This document shows positions 52,710 through 64,000 of a DNA stretch of 64,000 nt, one piece after another. The position numbers and the translations under genes were made by a program. The stretch lies in the NCBI RefSeq assembly GCF_036321535.1, contig NC_087437.1, forward strand, positions 12,464,001-12,528,000, given 5' to 3'. The stretch's first letter is position 1; each line of letters begins with the position of its first letter. The notes under the pieces were generated by a model that was not told the DNA's origin, ran no database searches, and was given only the letters and a program-made list of their open reading frames with translations. The DNA comes from Camelus dromedarius. Lineage: Eukaryota.

Positions 52710-53210
52710 TAATTTCAGCTCTTCATTGCAGTGTAACAGACCAACCCCAAACGTATGGCTTAAAACACAATTTATTGTCTCACTTGGGGATTGCTCATGT
52801 GGCTGCAGTCAGCTGGTACTGAGGGTGGACCAGGCTGGATGTTCACGATGGTGTCTCCATTCCATGTCCAGCTCCTCAGCTAAGATTTCTGGAGCAGCTG
52901 GCGGCTGCCTGAGCCTCTCTCTCCACACCACCTCCTCTTGTGACATGAGCTTCCTTACAGTGTGGCGGCCCCTGATCTCCTCCCGTGGCTTCCCCGGGAA
53001 TGAGCGTTCCAAAGAACCCAAATGGAGACTGCGAGGCCTCTTACGACCTAGCCTCATGTGTGACACGGTGTTACTCCTGCCACATGCTTCTGGTCAAAAA
53101 GCAATCTCAGTAGCAGCTCAGATTCAAGGGGAAGGGCCTCCACAGCAGTGTCGCTCCCTGGGGGAGTGGGTCACTGGGCAGGCCATCCTTGGGGACCACC
53201 TGCATACTAA
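52710..53210 (-). mobile_element. MLT1H-like (ERVL-MaLR) solo LTR
   Basis: attgcagtgtaacagaccaaccccaaa...ggcttaaaacacaatttattgtctca...cagattcaagggga. Confidence 0.75.
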
Positions 53211-53985
53211 CTGGAAATAAATGCCCACCTCTTTTTCAATTCAAGGTTAACATGGCCTAATAAAAATAAACACGGCCAATCACCGTGCCAAAAGCTGGGT
53301 GGCATATGTCACAGAACAGCTATTTCAATACTTCTTCAGAATGTTGGGGAGCAATAATAATCACCCTGCAAAGCCCACCACGAGATTCATTGTTTTTGTG
53401 TTGTCAGGCGTTCTCCAAACAACAGCAACAAAACACTGGAGCAACAAGATAGCCAAAATTATGTCATTTTGTATGTTGACAGCTGGAAACCGTCACAACT
53501 GATATATAAAATAGGACATCAAATATTAAGTGGCATATCAGGTTTATTGCATATATGACCATGAGAGTGCACTTTATTTTGTCTTACGGAGCTCTTAAAA
53601 AAAAAATCCATGTAATGGATTAAAGGTATTACAACTCCCATATTCTGCCTGGCTCTAGGCCAGGGGGCCGGGCATGATAAATAATCCCAATAGACAGAAT
53701 CTGTAGGAAGGAATTTTAAAATGTATTTATGATAGACATATTGACCTCCCTAACTAATAAAAATGTATACATGAGGTTAGTTTTGAAGGGAACGTGCAGA
53801 CCTTACACAGAGTGTATATAAATACTGTATTTCACTGTAGTGTTCGCATCCTTAAAATAGTTCTCACATCTCTGTGACATGTGGCTATCATATTCATTTT
53901 CCTAGAAGTAAAGAAAAGGGTGGATTTTTCAGTACATGTGCAGTTACTCTAAGAAGGAATCGTTTTAACTTCCTTTATCTTCAAG

Positions 53986-54197
53986 CAGGGGTCAGGAAAC
54001 CCAGCCAAATCTGGTCTGTAGCCTGTTTTTGTAAATAAACTGATTGGAACAGGCGAGGTGGATTCACTGACGTCCTGTCCCTAACTGCTTTCCCCCAACG
54101 ACAGCAGAGCTGGGTGGCTGTGACAGAGACCATGTGGCCCACGAAGCTTAAAATGTTTATTCTCTAGTCCTTTACAGAAAAAGTTTGCTGACTTGTC
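53986..54197 (-). mobile_element. MER58A (hAT-Charlie)
   Basis: caggggtcagg...gcctgtttttgtaaataaa...ctttacagaaaaagtttgctgac. Confidence 0.85.
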
Positions 54198-54284
54198 TTA
54201 AAACATTAAAAGTTTAGTAGGGCGGCTTAGCCTAGAAATGAGTGCTATGATAATCTTTAAAAAAATTTTTTAAAGTGGTAGTTT

Positions 54285-54424
54285 CTTTTCATTTATTTAT
54301 TTTGTGGGGAGATGTAACTAGTCCTATTCATGTATTTTTATTTTTTTAGTAGAGGTACTGGGGGTTGAACCCAGGACTTCGGGCGTGCTAAGCACCTGCT
54401 CTACCACTGAGCTGGACCCTCCCC
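54285..54424 (-). mobile_element. Camelid Vic-1-type tRNA-derived SINE (second copy)
   Basis: Same head (GGGGAGGGTCCAGCTCAGTGGTAGAG...GGTTCAACCCCCAGTACCTC) and tail structure as the 33700 copy. Confidence 0.88.
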
Positions 54425-55499
54425 TGGTTTTAATAACCTTATGCCAGTTCTAGATCAAGCTGTTCCCAGCTTGACCTAGACCTTGGACAAGTCCTTGAAC
54501 TTCTCTAAACTTCAGTTCCCCCCGTGAATAATGGAGATTAAAAACAGGTAATGGTAGCAATCCCTGCCCCTGGCCACCCTTTTGCCTGGAGCGAGCGAGC
54601 GAGGGAGGGCGTGTGCTGAAGGCACACCTGGCCTCACCCACCACATGTAATACGTGCTGTTGGCAGGTTCCACCGAATTGGCTGAAACGCCCACCGTTTA
54701 TTAAGAATCACATACAAGGGTTTCTGTGCAGAGTTCACTCTTTCACTCCTTTTTCAACCAGCATTTATTGAGCTCCTGCTGTGTACTTTTAGGCACTGAG
54801 TATTTAAAGGCGAGGCAGCCGGCGCCTTCCTGTGCTCAACACAAGCCCGTCAGGGCGCCTCGGGCACCATCAGATCTTCCTCCAGCTGGGGCCATTTTTT
54901 GCCGTCTGGTATTTTTAGTTGTCCGTTGGTGTGGGCCAAGAACAGTGTCTTCTAACTTCTTTTTAACCCGGCATTTAGCACTGTGCCTGGCCCGGCCAGG
55001 TGCTCAGTAAATACACGTCAGCCGTGGGATGTTGCTGGCTGATCGTCCCAGCCCTGTCCGCCCGCCCCTGCACTGGTCCATCCGCAGGTTTGCGACCCTG
55101 GGTTCCAGCAGCTATGGAAGGCTCTCAAAGGGGAGACTGCCTTGGGTGGGGGGAGTTTCAGGAAGCTGTTTCTTAGGGTTCTGTGCACAAGGATTGGGGC
55201 TGGGCCAGGAAGACCCTTGAGGAGAGGTCTGTGGTAGTCCTCTGGGTAAATGGCCAGAGGCTGGGAGGGCAGGGGCTGCTGAGAGGGCGCGTGAGGAGGT
55301 GAAGCTGACACAACGCGCTCTTCTCGGATTAGCTTGTGGGGACTCTCATCAGGAGGGACAACTGTTGTGAGAAGGAAAATGGAAGTAAAGGCCAGGAAAT
55401 CAAGACAGGAGACGGACGTGTAGGAGGAGGAGGTGAACAGCCTTCATCAGCACAGGCACGACCCCCAATCCTGTAATGATGATAACTCTGCTCCAACCA

Positions 55500-55715
55500 C
55501 CATTGAGTGACAGGCATGGTACCCGGCGCTTGACAGTGATTTATCATTTTGTGTTCATCATGATCCAGGGAGGGATAGGCTCTCATTTCATACAAGGAGA
55601 AATGGAGACTCAGAGATGTTAAGTAACTTGCCCCAAGCCACACAGCTAGTAAGTAGGAGAGTTGGAACCCAGGCAGGCTGACTCCAGAGTTCACCCTTCC
55701 AACCACACCCTCAGC
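55500..55715 (-). mobile_element. MIR SINE
   Basis: gagactcagagatgttaagtaacttgccccaagccacacagctagtaagt...gaacccaggcag. Confidence 0.85.
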
Positions 55716-56744
55716 TTGTCCATAAAGATGAAAAGTTCCCTGAAGGAAGGAGTATCCAAAAAGACCCGAGCCTTGGGGCCTGCTCACAGGTAGAAGACTG
55801 GTGAGGATTTCTTTGAATTTTTTTTTTTAAGTATCCTTTAGCAATTTCTTTTTTAAGAACTCAGATGAAAGCACTTTGAAACCCCTCATCCGTCTCACAT
55901 CAAGAAATACTGAGAAATCACTGTTATGAAAGAAGAAAAATCAACCATGTTAGAGCGTTTCTCTAATCCGAACAATTCCATATAGAAGTTTAAGAATCTT
56001 TTAAAATAAAATATCCCAAACGTGTCCTTTGGAGCTGATGTGTTGTCATATTAATCCTCTAGAAGGTTTGGTGGGGATGCTTCTGGTTGCCCCCAACACC
56101 TTGGTCCTCCTGGAGTAGAGTGATCCGGCCCCTGGTGAGGGCATCCTAAACCTGCAGGCAGGGACAGGAGACTCATTGCATGACTTCAGGTTGCATTTTT
56201 GTGCCAGATACATCCTGGTTAAGGGTGTGTAAGTGGTCCACTGACAAGAGAGGGAGAACCAGCCAGAGGTGGGGGCCCAGAGCCCCCGTCCGCCCCCACA
56301 GCAGAGCCCCAACGCTGGCCGTGGTGCCAGCCACATTTGGCCGGAGTTACCGCTCCTGACAGCGTGGAGTCACACGCCCTTGGACTGCCGCCAGAGGCCC
56401 TTGGAACTTCATCTGCGCCACTGCCATTCAGCTGGCCCGCCTGGCCTTCGGGGTTGGGCTCTCGGCGGGGAAGGCATGGGAGGGGTTTGTGGGCTCGGTG
56501 AGTGCCCCTGACTCCTGTGTTTGCTTCTGGGGGACTTTCCTACTTTATTGCTCTGACTGGAAAGAGAAAAGGGCTTCTTTCTTTTTTAGTTTTCCAGTTT
56601 TACTTTTGGTCCTTATGCTGGGATGACCGCGTGTTCTGTGTGACATGATCTGTAGATCCTCAGACTTGCTGCCAGGGACTGAGAGAGTGTCATTGTCTTC
56701 TCCCAACACCTGGGTCACACTCATTCTCCTGAACTCGTGACCAC

Positions 56745-56990
56745 TGGCGTTCAAATTCCTGCTTACCTGCGCCCCTCTGTCCTCGAGCAAGTGACCTAAC
56801 CAGCCTGTGCCTCCAGTTTCTTGCCTGGAAGTATTTCTTAGATATGTTACGACCAGCTATCTCGTAGGGCCATGATGGGGTCAGATGAATTAATACGTGT
56901 CAAATGCTGAGAACAGAATTCGGCTAGCCTGCAGTACTGGCTCCCTGAATGTCAAATGTCGCTGTTAATATTGCCATGTTGTTATTATCC
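56745..56990 (+). mobile_element. MIR SINE
   Basis: gttcaaattcctgc...gcaagtgacctaacc...gtgcctccagtttc...atgaattaatacgtgtcaaatgctgagaacag. Confidence 0.7.
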
Positions 56991-57149
56991 AACTGGACTC
57001 GACAGGTGTTCCTGTCATAACGGTATTAGTCACATGAAGATACGGCTCACCCACCTGTCCCCAAACTCTCTAATAGATACTCAGATTCTCTGGCTATTAT
57101 TTGTGTGTATGTGTTTTTATAGAGTTCTGTAGCTTACAAAGTATAAACG

Positions 57150-57300
57150 CTGCAGTGTGGCAGGCACACTTGTCATCTCCATTTCTCAGATTAGGAAACT
57201 GAGGCTCAGGAAGGTGAAGTGACCGCTGGTAAGAGGCAGCATCGGGAACTGGGCTCCTGTCTCTGTCTCCTAGGACTGGGCAATTTCCACTTCTCCAGTG
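57150..57300 (-). mobile_element. MIR SINE
   Basis: ccatttctcagattaggaaactgaggctcag. Confidence 0.7.
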
Positions 57301-57378
57301 CTGCAGGAAATTTTTTTTTTTGGCTGTCCTACATTTTTGTCCTTCAGTCTCACCATAAGTAGTTCCTGTCCCCTGGAT

Positions 57379-57604
57379 TAGGGTATTTCGACCTCAGCAC
57401 AGTTTCTAATTTGGGCCAGACTGTTCATTGTTGTTGCTGGGGAGGGAAGGGGGCTGTCCTGGGCTCCATGGGATGTTTAGTTGCATCCCTGGCGTCTACC
57501 CACTAAATGCCGGTAGCAGCTCCCAATTATGATGGCCAAAATCTCTCCAGACATTGCCAAATGTCTCTAAGGGGGCAAAATCAGTGTTGGTTAAGAAACC
57601 ACTG
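57379..57604 (+). mobile_element. MER20 (hAT-Charlie)
   Basis: ggatgtttag...catccctggc...tctccagacattgccaaatgtc...gggggcaaaatc...aaccactg. Confidence 0.85.
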
Positions 57605-59598
57605 TTCGAGATTAAGGAAGGTAGAAGGGAAGTGTCGGGGAAGTGTCGGGGGAGGGGCGGGGGGGCGGGGAGTGGTGGAGGTCCGGGGTGAAGATCACTT
57701 ATGAAACACTGTGTGCCAGGCAAGTTGCAAACGTTGTCTCTCTTTGACCAACAGGAATGTTAGGATTGGCTGCATTTTTATGAAGGAGACACTAGGGCTC
57801 AGAGAAGTAAACTCTGGCCATTAAATTAGTAAGTGGCAGAAGAGGGGTTCAAATCCAGTTTTTTTGCAGGCTCAGGGCATTTTAGTTCTTTTTAGGAACC
57901 AAGAAAATCCACAATGAGGGTTAAATTGGTTTTAGAGTTATTTTGAGGCCACTAATCTGAGTGTATAACTGTTTTAAAAAACCAACAAAATAAAACAAAA
58001 AACGCTTCTTTGTAGCAGACTTATAACAGAGTAAGTACTTTATTGTGAAAGAGGAGTCTGTGAAAGGCTAGGTTCTGGTGTCATCGCCCTTGAACTTCTC
58101 AGATCTCAGAAAAGTGGCAAAAAAATCCCCACGTGACAAAAGAATAATTGTATAATTTCATCATTATCTTTTTAAAATATCCCCCAAAATATTCCACCCA
58201 CCCCGTGTCTTTTCTGTAAGGCTGGTACCAATGTGATTTTCAAAATATTTACAGTATATAAGCAAAGAATTGTGTGTCTGAGATGATATACATTTTACTG
58301 TTCCCCGTTTTAATCCACTATGGGTGCAGGAAATTTGAACAGATAATAGAATGTCATTTATTAGTGCAATAATTGCTTTTTAAAAATTATGGAAATCCTG
58401 ATTGGAAGTGGAATATGGGACTGAATCATCTGGTGTTGAGATAAACTCTGCAGGGACCTTCACATTGTGGTGCAATTAGCTTCATCTCTACACGACTCCT
58501 GAGACCGGTTCCAGCGTGTGTTCAGTTAACGCACTTCCATTCCTGATGCTTCTCCCTTCAGATCATTAATAAGCAGTTAGATGTGTTGGCCTGTTAAGTG
58601 ATTCTAAGGGAGAATTTATCTGCACCTGTCATAAGCTATCTTGGTATGTCCTAGAAAATAGTGATCTAAAGCATCATCTGTTAGAAACGTCACCTAGAAC
58701 AACCTGTGAGATAATTTTCAACTATGTTCCTTGAAGCAAGAAAGCATATTATAAAAATGAAATGTAGGTGTTGAACGTGTCATAGTCCCTTATGAAAATA
58801 CGGCAGCACTTCCCGTGGTAAAAGTCAGTCCCAGGAATAATTTCTGCTGCTGGCCCAGAGCCCAGGCAGGTGTAGCTGCCACACAGAGCGATTAGTGATC
58901 CTGGGCCTCCCGGTCCCTCTTTTTAAGGCCCAAACTATCTTGTCAAATTTAAGCATGTCTTGATTCAAATCAGTGTCTGGAAAATTATAACCAAGAATTA
59001 AAAGAATGGGAGGTACACAATCCTACAGTTCTCAAATTTGCCTAAGTAAGCCCAGCCAGACCACGCTCAGTGATGTTTCTAGCAAAGGAAGTTAGTAAGA
59101 GACATGAAAGATGAGAAGTTAAAATTTTAGTGACATAGTGGGTTTTAGTGAAATAATAGTAATATATATTAAGCCATTTAAATCTCTTTTGTAAAGGCTG
59201 AGAGTAGGGTTGTGTTTACATTTCCCAATTCTAAGGTGCAGAGTTCCCCCATCCTCCCCTCCCTTGTAGTTTGGGGGAGGAGTCGTGAGTTAATGCCTCC
59301 TGGGCACATGGGTAAGTGCTCAGTAAATAGTAAATACTATTCCTTCAGCTCTTCCGGTGCAACTCTGAACTCTCTGCCAACGAAAATCCACAGCCAAAAC
59401 TCCGTGGGAGAGAAGGAAGTCTTCTGGTGAGCATAAAAACACGCACAGCCTGGACATCTTAATGTATTAAGTGCTCAACATGGTGGAGTATTTAGTGAGG
59501 ACCTGTGCAGAGGGGAAGCCGACAGAGTTCCGGAGCCAAATTGATTCAGCAGCTTGGGGTTCTGGGGAGTTTAGGACAGTAACAAGACATTTTTACGT

Positions 59599-59768
59599 CA
59601 GGGTGCCTCCTGCGTTGTTAGGGTGCCTGGGAATTATCTGGGGATTTTGTTAAGATGGCTGTTTTGATTCGGCAGGCGTTTCTGGGGTGAAGCTGAGAAT
59701 CTGCGTGTTGACGGGTTCCCAGGTGGTGCTGATGCAGAGAGCCGGGGACCACACTTTGGAAAGCAAGG
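59599..59768. mobile_element. MER5A (hAT-Charlie)
   Basis: gctgagaatctgc...ttcccaggtggtgctgatgc...gggaccacactttg. Confidence 0.75.
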
Positions 59769-62700
59769 CTTTCTTTAAGGACTTAAAAATCAAAGTCTTC
59801 CCCAGCCCTTCTTTTGTCCCCTGCCTGTGCTCAGCACCTGTTGCATGTGTGGTCAGAATAGCAGGGATTCTCATAACCCAGCCCCAGCCCTCGGCCAGGA
59901 TCCCGGGTGACCCGGGCAAACACACACTCCTTCAGGGTCACGGGCAGGTTACTGAGTCAAGACTGCCAGAGCCCGCCATGGTGTTTTCCTTCCCTCCCCT
60001 CCCCCAAACCCGGGACTAATCTTGGAGCTGCTTAGTAATAACAAAGCCAGGAGCGGAGTGAGGCAAGACAATTTCAAAGCAGAGTTTTTCTTCTTCGGCA
60101 ATTACCTAATTTCAAAATGCGATTCACAGATTTGCAAAATCTCTTGTGCGTGAAAACAAACCGCCCCTCCTGAAAGATGATTAAAAGCAGGAACCCCCTA
60201 ACCAGAGGCGACCGGAAAATTAAACGAGCGGCAGTATGGAGGTTGCCCGCCCCCCACCCCACGTTTGGAGGCATGTAAATTATATTTTAATAAAACGTCC
60301 ACGCTCGCGCGCGCACGCATGCGCACACACACGTAGCGGAGAATCTGGTTCTAATTACTTGTACTTTGGTTGAACTTTGGCGTTTCCTTTGACTTTCTCC
60401 CTAATGTATGTGAGCTGTGGGCCTTACGATCCTGCAGAGAATCCACAGTAAAAGGGGGGGGGGGGGAGTCCAGACCAGCCTTCCTTGGTGCCAACAAAAA
60501 TGAAACCCAACTGAATGTTTTGACCAAATGCAACACTTTGCCTATTCTCCTTTAATTAGCTGAAATTACTCCCTCCCACCGGGTCCCGAAGCTCAGGGCT
60601 CAAAATTCCCCTGGGGCCTTGCAGGAAATGCCTTTTGCTTTACAACTCCTTTTTCTTTTAAGGCTCAGCTGCCCAGAGAGTGCATTAAAATACTGTCTTA
60701 ATCGTCGAAGGTTCTAGTAAAAAGGCAGGGCTTTCATAATGCAGGATGCCTGCCTGCCCGCCTCTAATCAGACCCAACATAAAATCCTGAAGTCTGTCAA
60801 CATGGCTTAGCCAGCAGTAAATTAGTTCTCACAAAGGAAAAAAAATAGTATACTGAGACTTCTCTTAAAAATGTTATCTGCTACTTAATCTAACCTTTAG
60901 AAAAATGCCAAGCATGTTAGGAATTGTGAAGGGAGCTATTGTTAGAGACTTTGTGTGTGTGTAAATGACACTCAGGTGTGTTGTAATAACAAGGACATTT
61001 ATACTGTGTTTTCTCAGGTGAGTTAAATTCCCAAGTGCCAAGTCCTCTTAACAGGCAACAGCATTCTTCCCACCCACCCCCACCCACCCCCTCCCACCCC
61101 CTCCCACCCCCTCTTTTATTTTGGGAGTGAATTAACCCCCAGAGTTGTGGCAGTGTTTAAGAAAGCTGTGTCACTTGGGAGCGCTGGTATTCTGCTTTTG
61201 GGCCATCTCAGTCAGTGGAGATTTCATTTCGTTTGTTTTTGTTTTGATTGCAAACAACCTCCCAGTTTGGAGTCCTTCAGAGCCGGGCTTCTCAAAGTGC
61301 CAGCTGCAGCCAAGGCCAGGGCTTCAGTGGCCTACTGCCAGTCCTCCAGGAGACAGGGCAGAAATGAGAGCAAATGTTTAGAAACTTTCACAGCAGTTTG
61401 ATAAAGTAATTTTAGATCAAATTACTACCCACTCCCCGCACCCCCATTAAGTTACAGCTTGTGTTTTGGGCATCTTTTTAATTCCTTTTTTCTGGAGATT
61501 CATTTTGTATGTCTGTTTTCCTAGGGATTTGTTTTTTATTGATCTTATCAATCCATGGGGGGGGTAAAAAAATGATCCTTTACCATAGATAGTATGAAAA
61601 TCACTAATTTAAATCAAATGCCTTCTTCCCTGCCTCTGCAATTCTGCTGCTGGTTGCTGGTCTGGACCACACTTTGAGGAATATTAGTTTAAAGGCAAAG
61701 AAGATCTGTAATGAATTTTTCTATTAGGAATGTGATTCTAGCTTTCTCTGCCCTAGTGACAGCCACCTCTGTGTTGTGGGGATGGAGAGGTTTAAAATAC
61801 GGGCTAGAAGCTTCCTTCAGGGCAATTTTGGATCGGCTGTCTCCTTTGGCAAGTGGGCAGCCCAGAGAAGCCCCCTCAGCACCTCTGGTGCTGACTCTGC
61901 TCCGGGCAGAGACCCACGGAGCCAAACATCCATCTCGCCTGAGCAACAGAAGTTCCTGCCTTGGTCATTCCCTGACGAAGCGAGGCAGCCCATCTGGTTA
62001 GCAGTTTGGATGCCACATTGGAGGCTGCTGCTTGTTGGGGATGCAGTCACCAAACAGAACTGAATAAGACAATAAGTAAGCAAGGAAATAAATAAAAGCA
62101 GGAGGCAAAAAGCAGATCCAAATTATTCCTCAAAGACTGCTTCCCCAAACTGAAATCACAACAGAATGGCTGGCGTGCAGTTGTTTTATTGAATGACACA
62201 AGCCTCTTTTCCCCCCGGGGAAGTCTAAAAACTGCTTTTTTGGCCTGCCTGAGATCGCTGAATGAGCTAATACAGGACACGTTGTCTGCTGAGCCTGCAG
62301 AGTTTTCGAGCAAAAATTTTATCATTCCACGGACTGATTGTGCTCTCCTGGAATAAGGAACAAAATGTTGGAGGCCTCTCAAGGGCATTTGATGAATCTA
62401 ACTCTAATTTAAAGGGACTAATAGATTATTGATTTAAGCAGGATGACAGTGAACCGATCAATGGTCCAGCCCTTTGTAGCTATCTTAAATACCAAAAACG
62501 ACTAGATGAAGGGGAGCCATCAGCCGTCGTCTGTCCCCTCGCTTGTTTCCCACTCTCTTTATGGGGGTGGGGTGGGGGTGGGGGCCAGGGAAGAGGAGCA
62601 CTGATAAACTTGGCCAAAGCATGTTTTTGGTACACGACCAAGAAGGCCAGAGATTGCACTGAAACTCGAATCTGCTTTTCTATTGATGCCGTATCTTGGT

Positions 62701-63124
62701 TGTAATTCTGTAATTTGCATTGGCACGTTTGCTTAAGGGCTCCTTTTGGCGATCTGACTGTACCACTGAGATTTTTCTTTTTCACTTTGCATTGTTCTCA
62801 GCGTCAGAGGCCACACGGAGGAAATGCAGGACCATAGCAGATCAGTTTTGAGAGGACATTTGAATATGTATAGTTAAACAGTTATTTCTTGACCACCAAT
62901 GGGAAAGTTTTCTCGAAGATGATTATTTCCTGCTGTATATATGTCTTTTCTGTTTATGTTTGTATGAGATGCATGTGTGGCATTGGTAGAGATCACATTA
63001 CAAACCACAATAGACAGAAACAATTCAACCTTCAAAACACAGCCTGGCCACCTCCTCTGGGAAGCCTCCCTTGATTTCTCTGAGCCGAATAAGACTTATA
63101 GCCCTCTCTGTCATTATGTCACAT

Positions 63125-63318
63125 CAGTGGCTCCCAAACTCCTATAATTTGGAGTCATCTGGGAATTTTTTTTTTTCTCAAACACTGATACCTGGCTCTC
63201 CCACTCCCAGGCATTCTGCATTATAGGTCTGAGATACAACTTGGGCGTTTTAGGATGTTTGAAAAACTCCCCAGGTAGTTCTAAAGTTCTAATACACAGC
63301 CAGGTTTGAGAACCACTG
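63125..63318. mobile_element. MER5A1-like MITE with TIRs and decayed 8-bp TSD
   Basis: CAGTGGCTCCCAAACT...GGTTTGAGAACCACTG; flanks tgtcacat and tattatat differ only by transitions. Confidence 0.8.
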
Positions 63319-64000
63319 TATTATATTCTAATTGTTGGTTTACTCTCTATTAGGCCCAACTTGTCATGGCTAAGGGATTGTACCATGTACCATCCATAGC
63401 CTGTAACACTCGCTTGGCATGTTATAGTCACTCAGGGAGTGAAATGATTGAATGCAGGAACATGCGCTGTACAAATATGGGCAAGTTCATAGCACCGCTG
63501 GTGAAATCACCACAGCCTTAATAAAAGTCCAGAGCCCTTGCTATTGATTGCTTACAACAGAACATTTTCATTCATGCAGCTGTTCGGGAAGAGTCTCCTG
63601 ATTCATTCCTTTGCTATAAGTGACTCTCATCCACAGAGAAAGGCTCTTACCAACCGTTATAAAATGTTTCCAGATTTTCGAGGTCTCCCCACGTTCGTGT
63701 GCTTTGCCCGAGTTGCTCAGGTTTACATTGCCTGCCACTCTGTTTCCTCTCTTGGGGAGGGGGTGATGCCGGGCCCCCTCAGTACGTGTATTAGAAGTGG
63801 CATATTTATGGAAATTACCACCCACTTTTGAAATTCAGGGCATACCTCTGACAGCTGAATCCAGCCCTAACAGAATTCTATTTACAACTTTCCTAGACAA
63901 GCCAGATTAGCTGTTCTACATGGACGAGTGGAACATCAAAACACACTCTCCCCACATCGCGCCCAATAGGGAGTGATCTTCCCGCTGTCATCACGGCTCG

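Noticed and set aside
52594..53220. Longest ORF in the track (208 aa)
   Set aside because: Lies almost entirely on an MLT1 LTR, has a non-ATG start and no domain resemblance.

Overview
Mammalian genomic DNA, very probably camelid (two copies of the camelid tRNA-derived Vic-1 SINE). It spans the retinoic-acid-inducible P2 promoter and first exon of RARB (isoforms RAR-beta2 and RAR-beta4) on the + strand. The only host protein-coding sequence is the RAR-beta2 A-domain exon (ATG 39008 to donor at 39164/39165). Upstream of it are a CpG island, a CRE, two DR5 retinoic acid response elements, a TATA box and a 5'UTR full of uORFs that also holds the RAR-beta4 CUG start and alternative donor. The next coding exon is not in the window, so everything after 39164 is intron. 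The upstream 38 kb is probably intron of the longer P1 (beta1/beta3) transcripts. The remainder is ordinary decayed transposon sequence (L1, L2, MIR, MLT/ERV LTRs, hAT and Tigger MITEs) with repeat-free blocks that look like conserved enhancers. I found no new gene system. The best leads are regulatory or evolutionary: apparent extreme AT-to-GC drift of the promoter that seems to have removed a uATG, a PBX-HOX/MEIS-rich block about 32 kb upstream, the uORF frame architecture, a promoter-like intronic patch with a possible donor or recursive splice site, and a short locally templated duplication. Repeat subfamily names and human/mouse comparisons come from memory, not from a search, and repeat boundaries are approximate.
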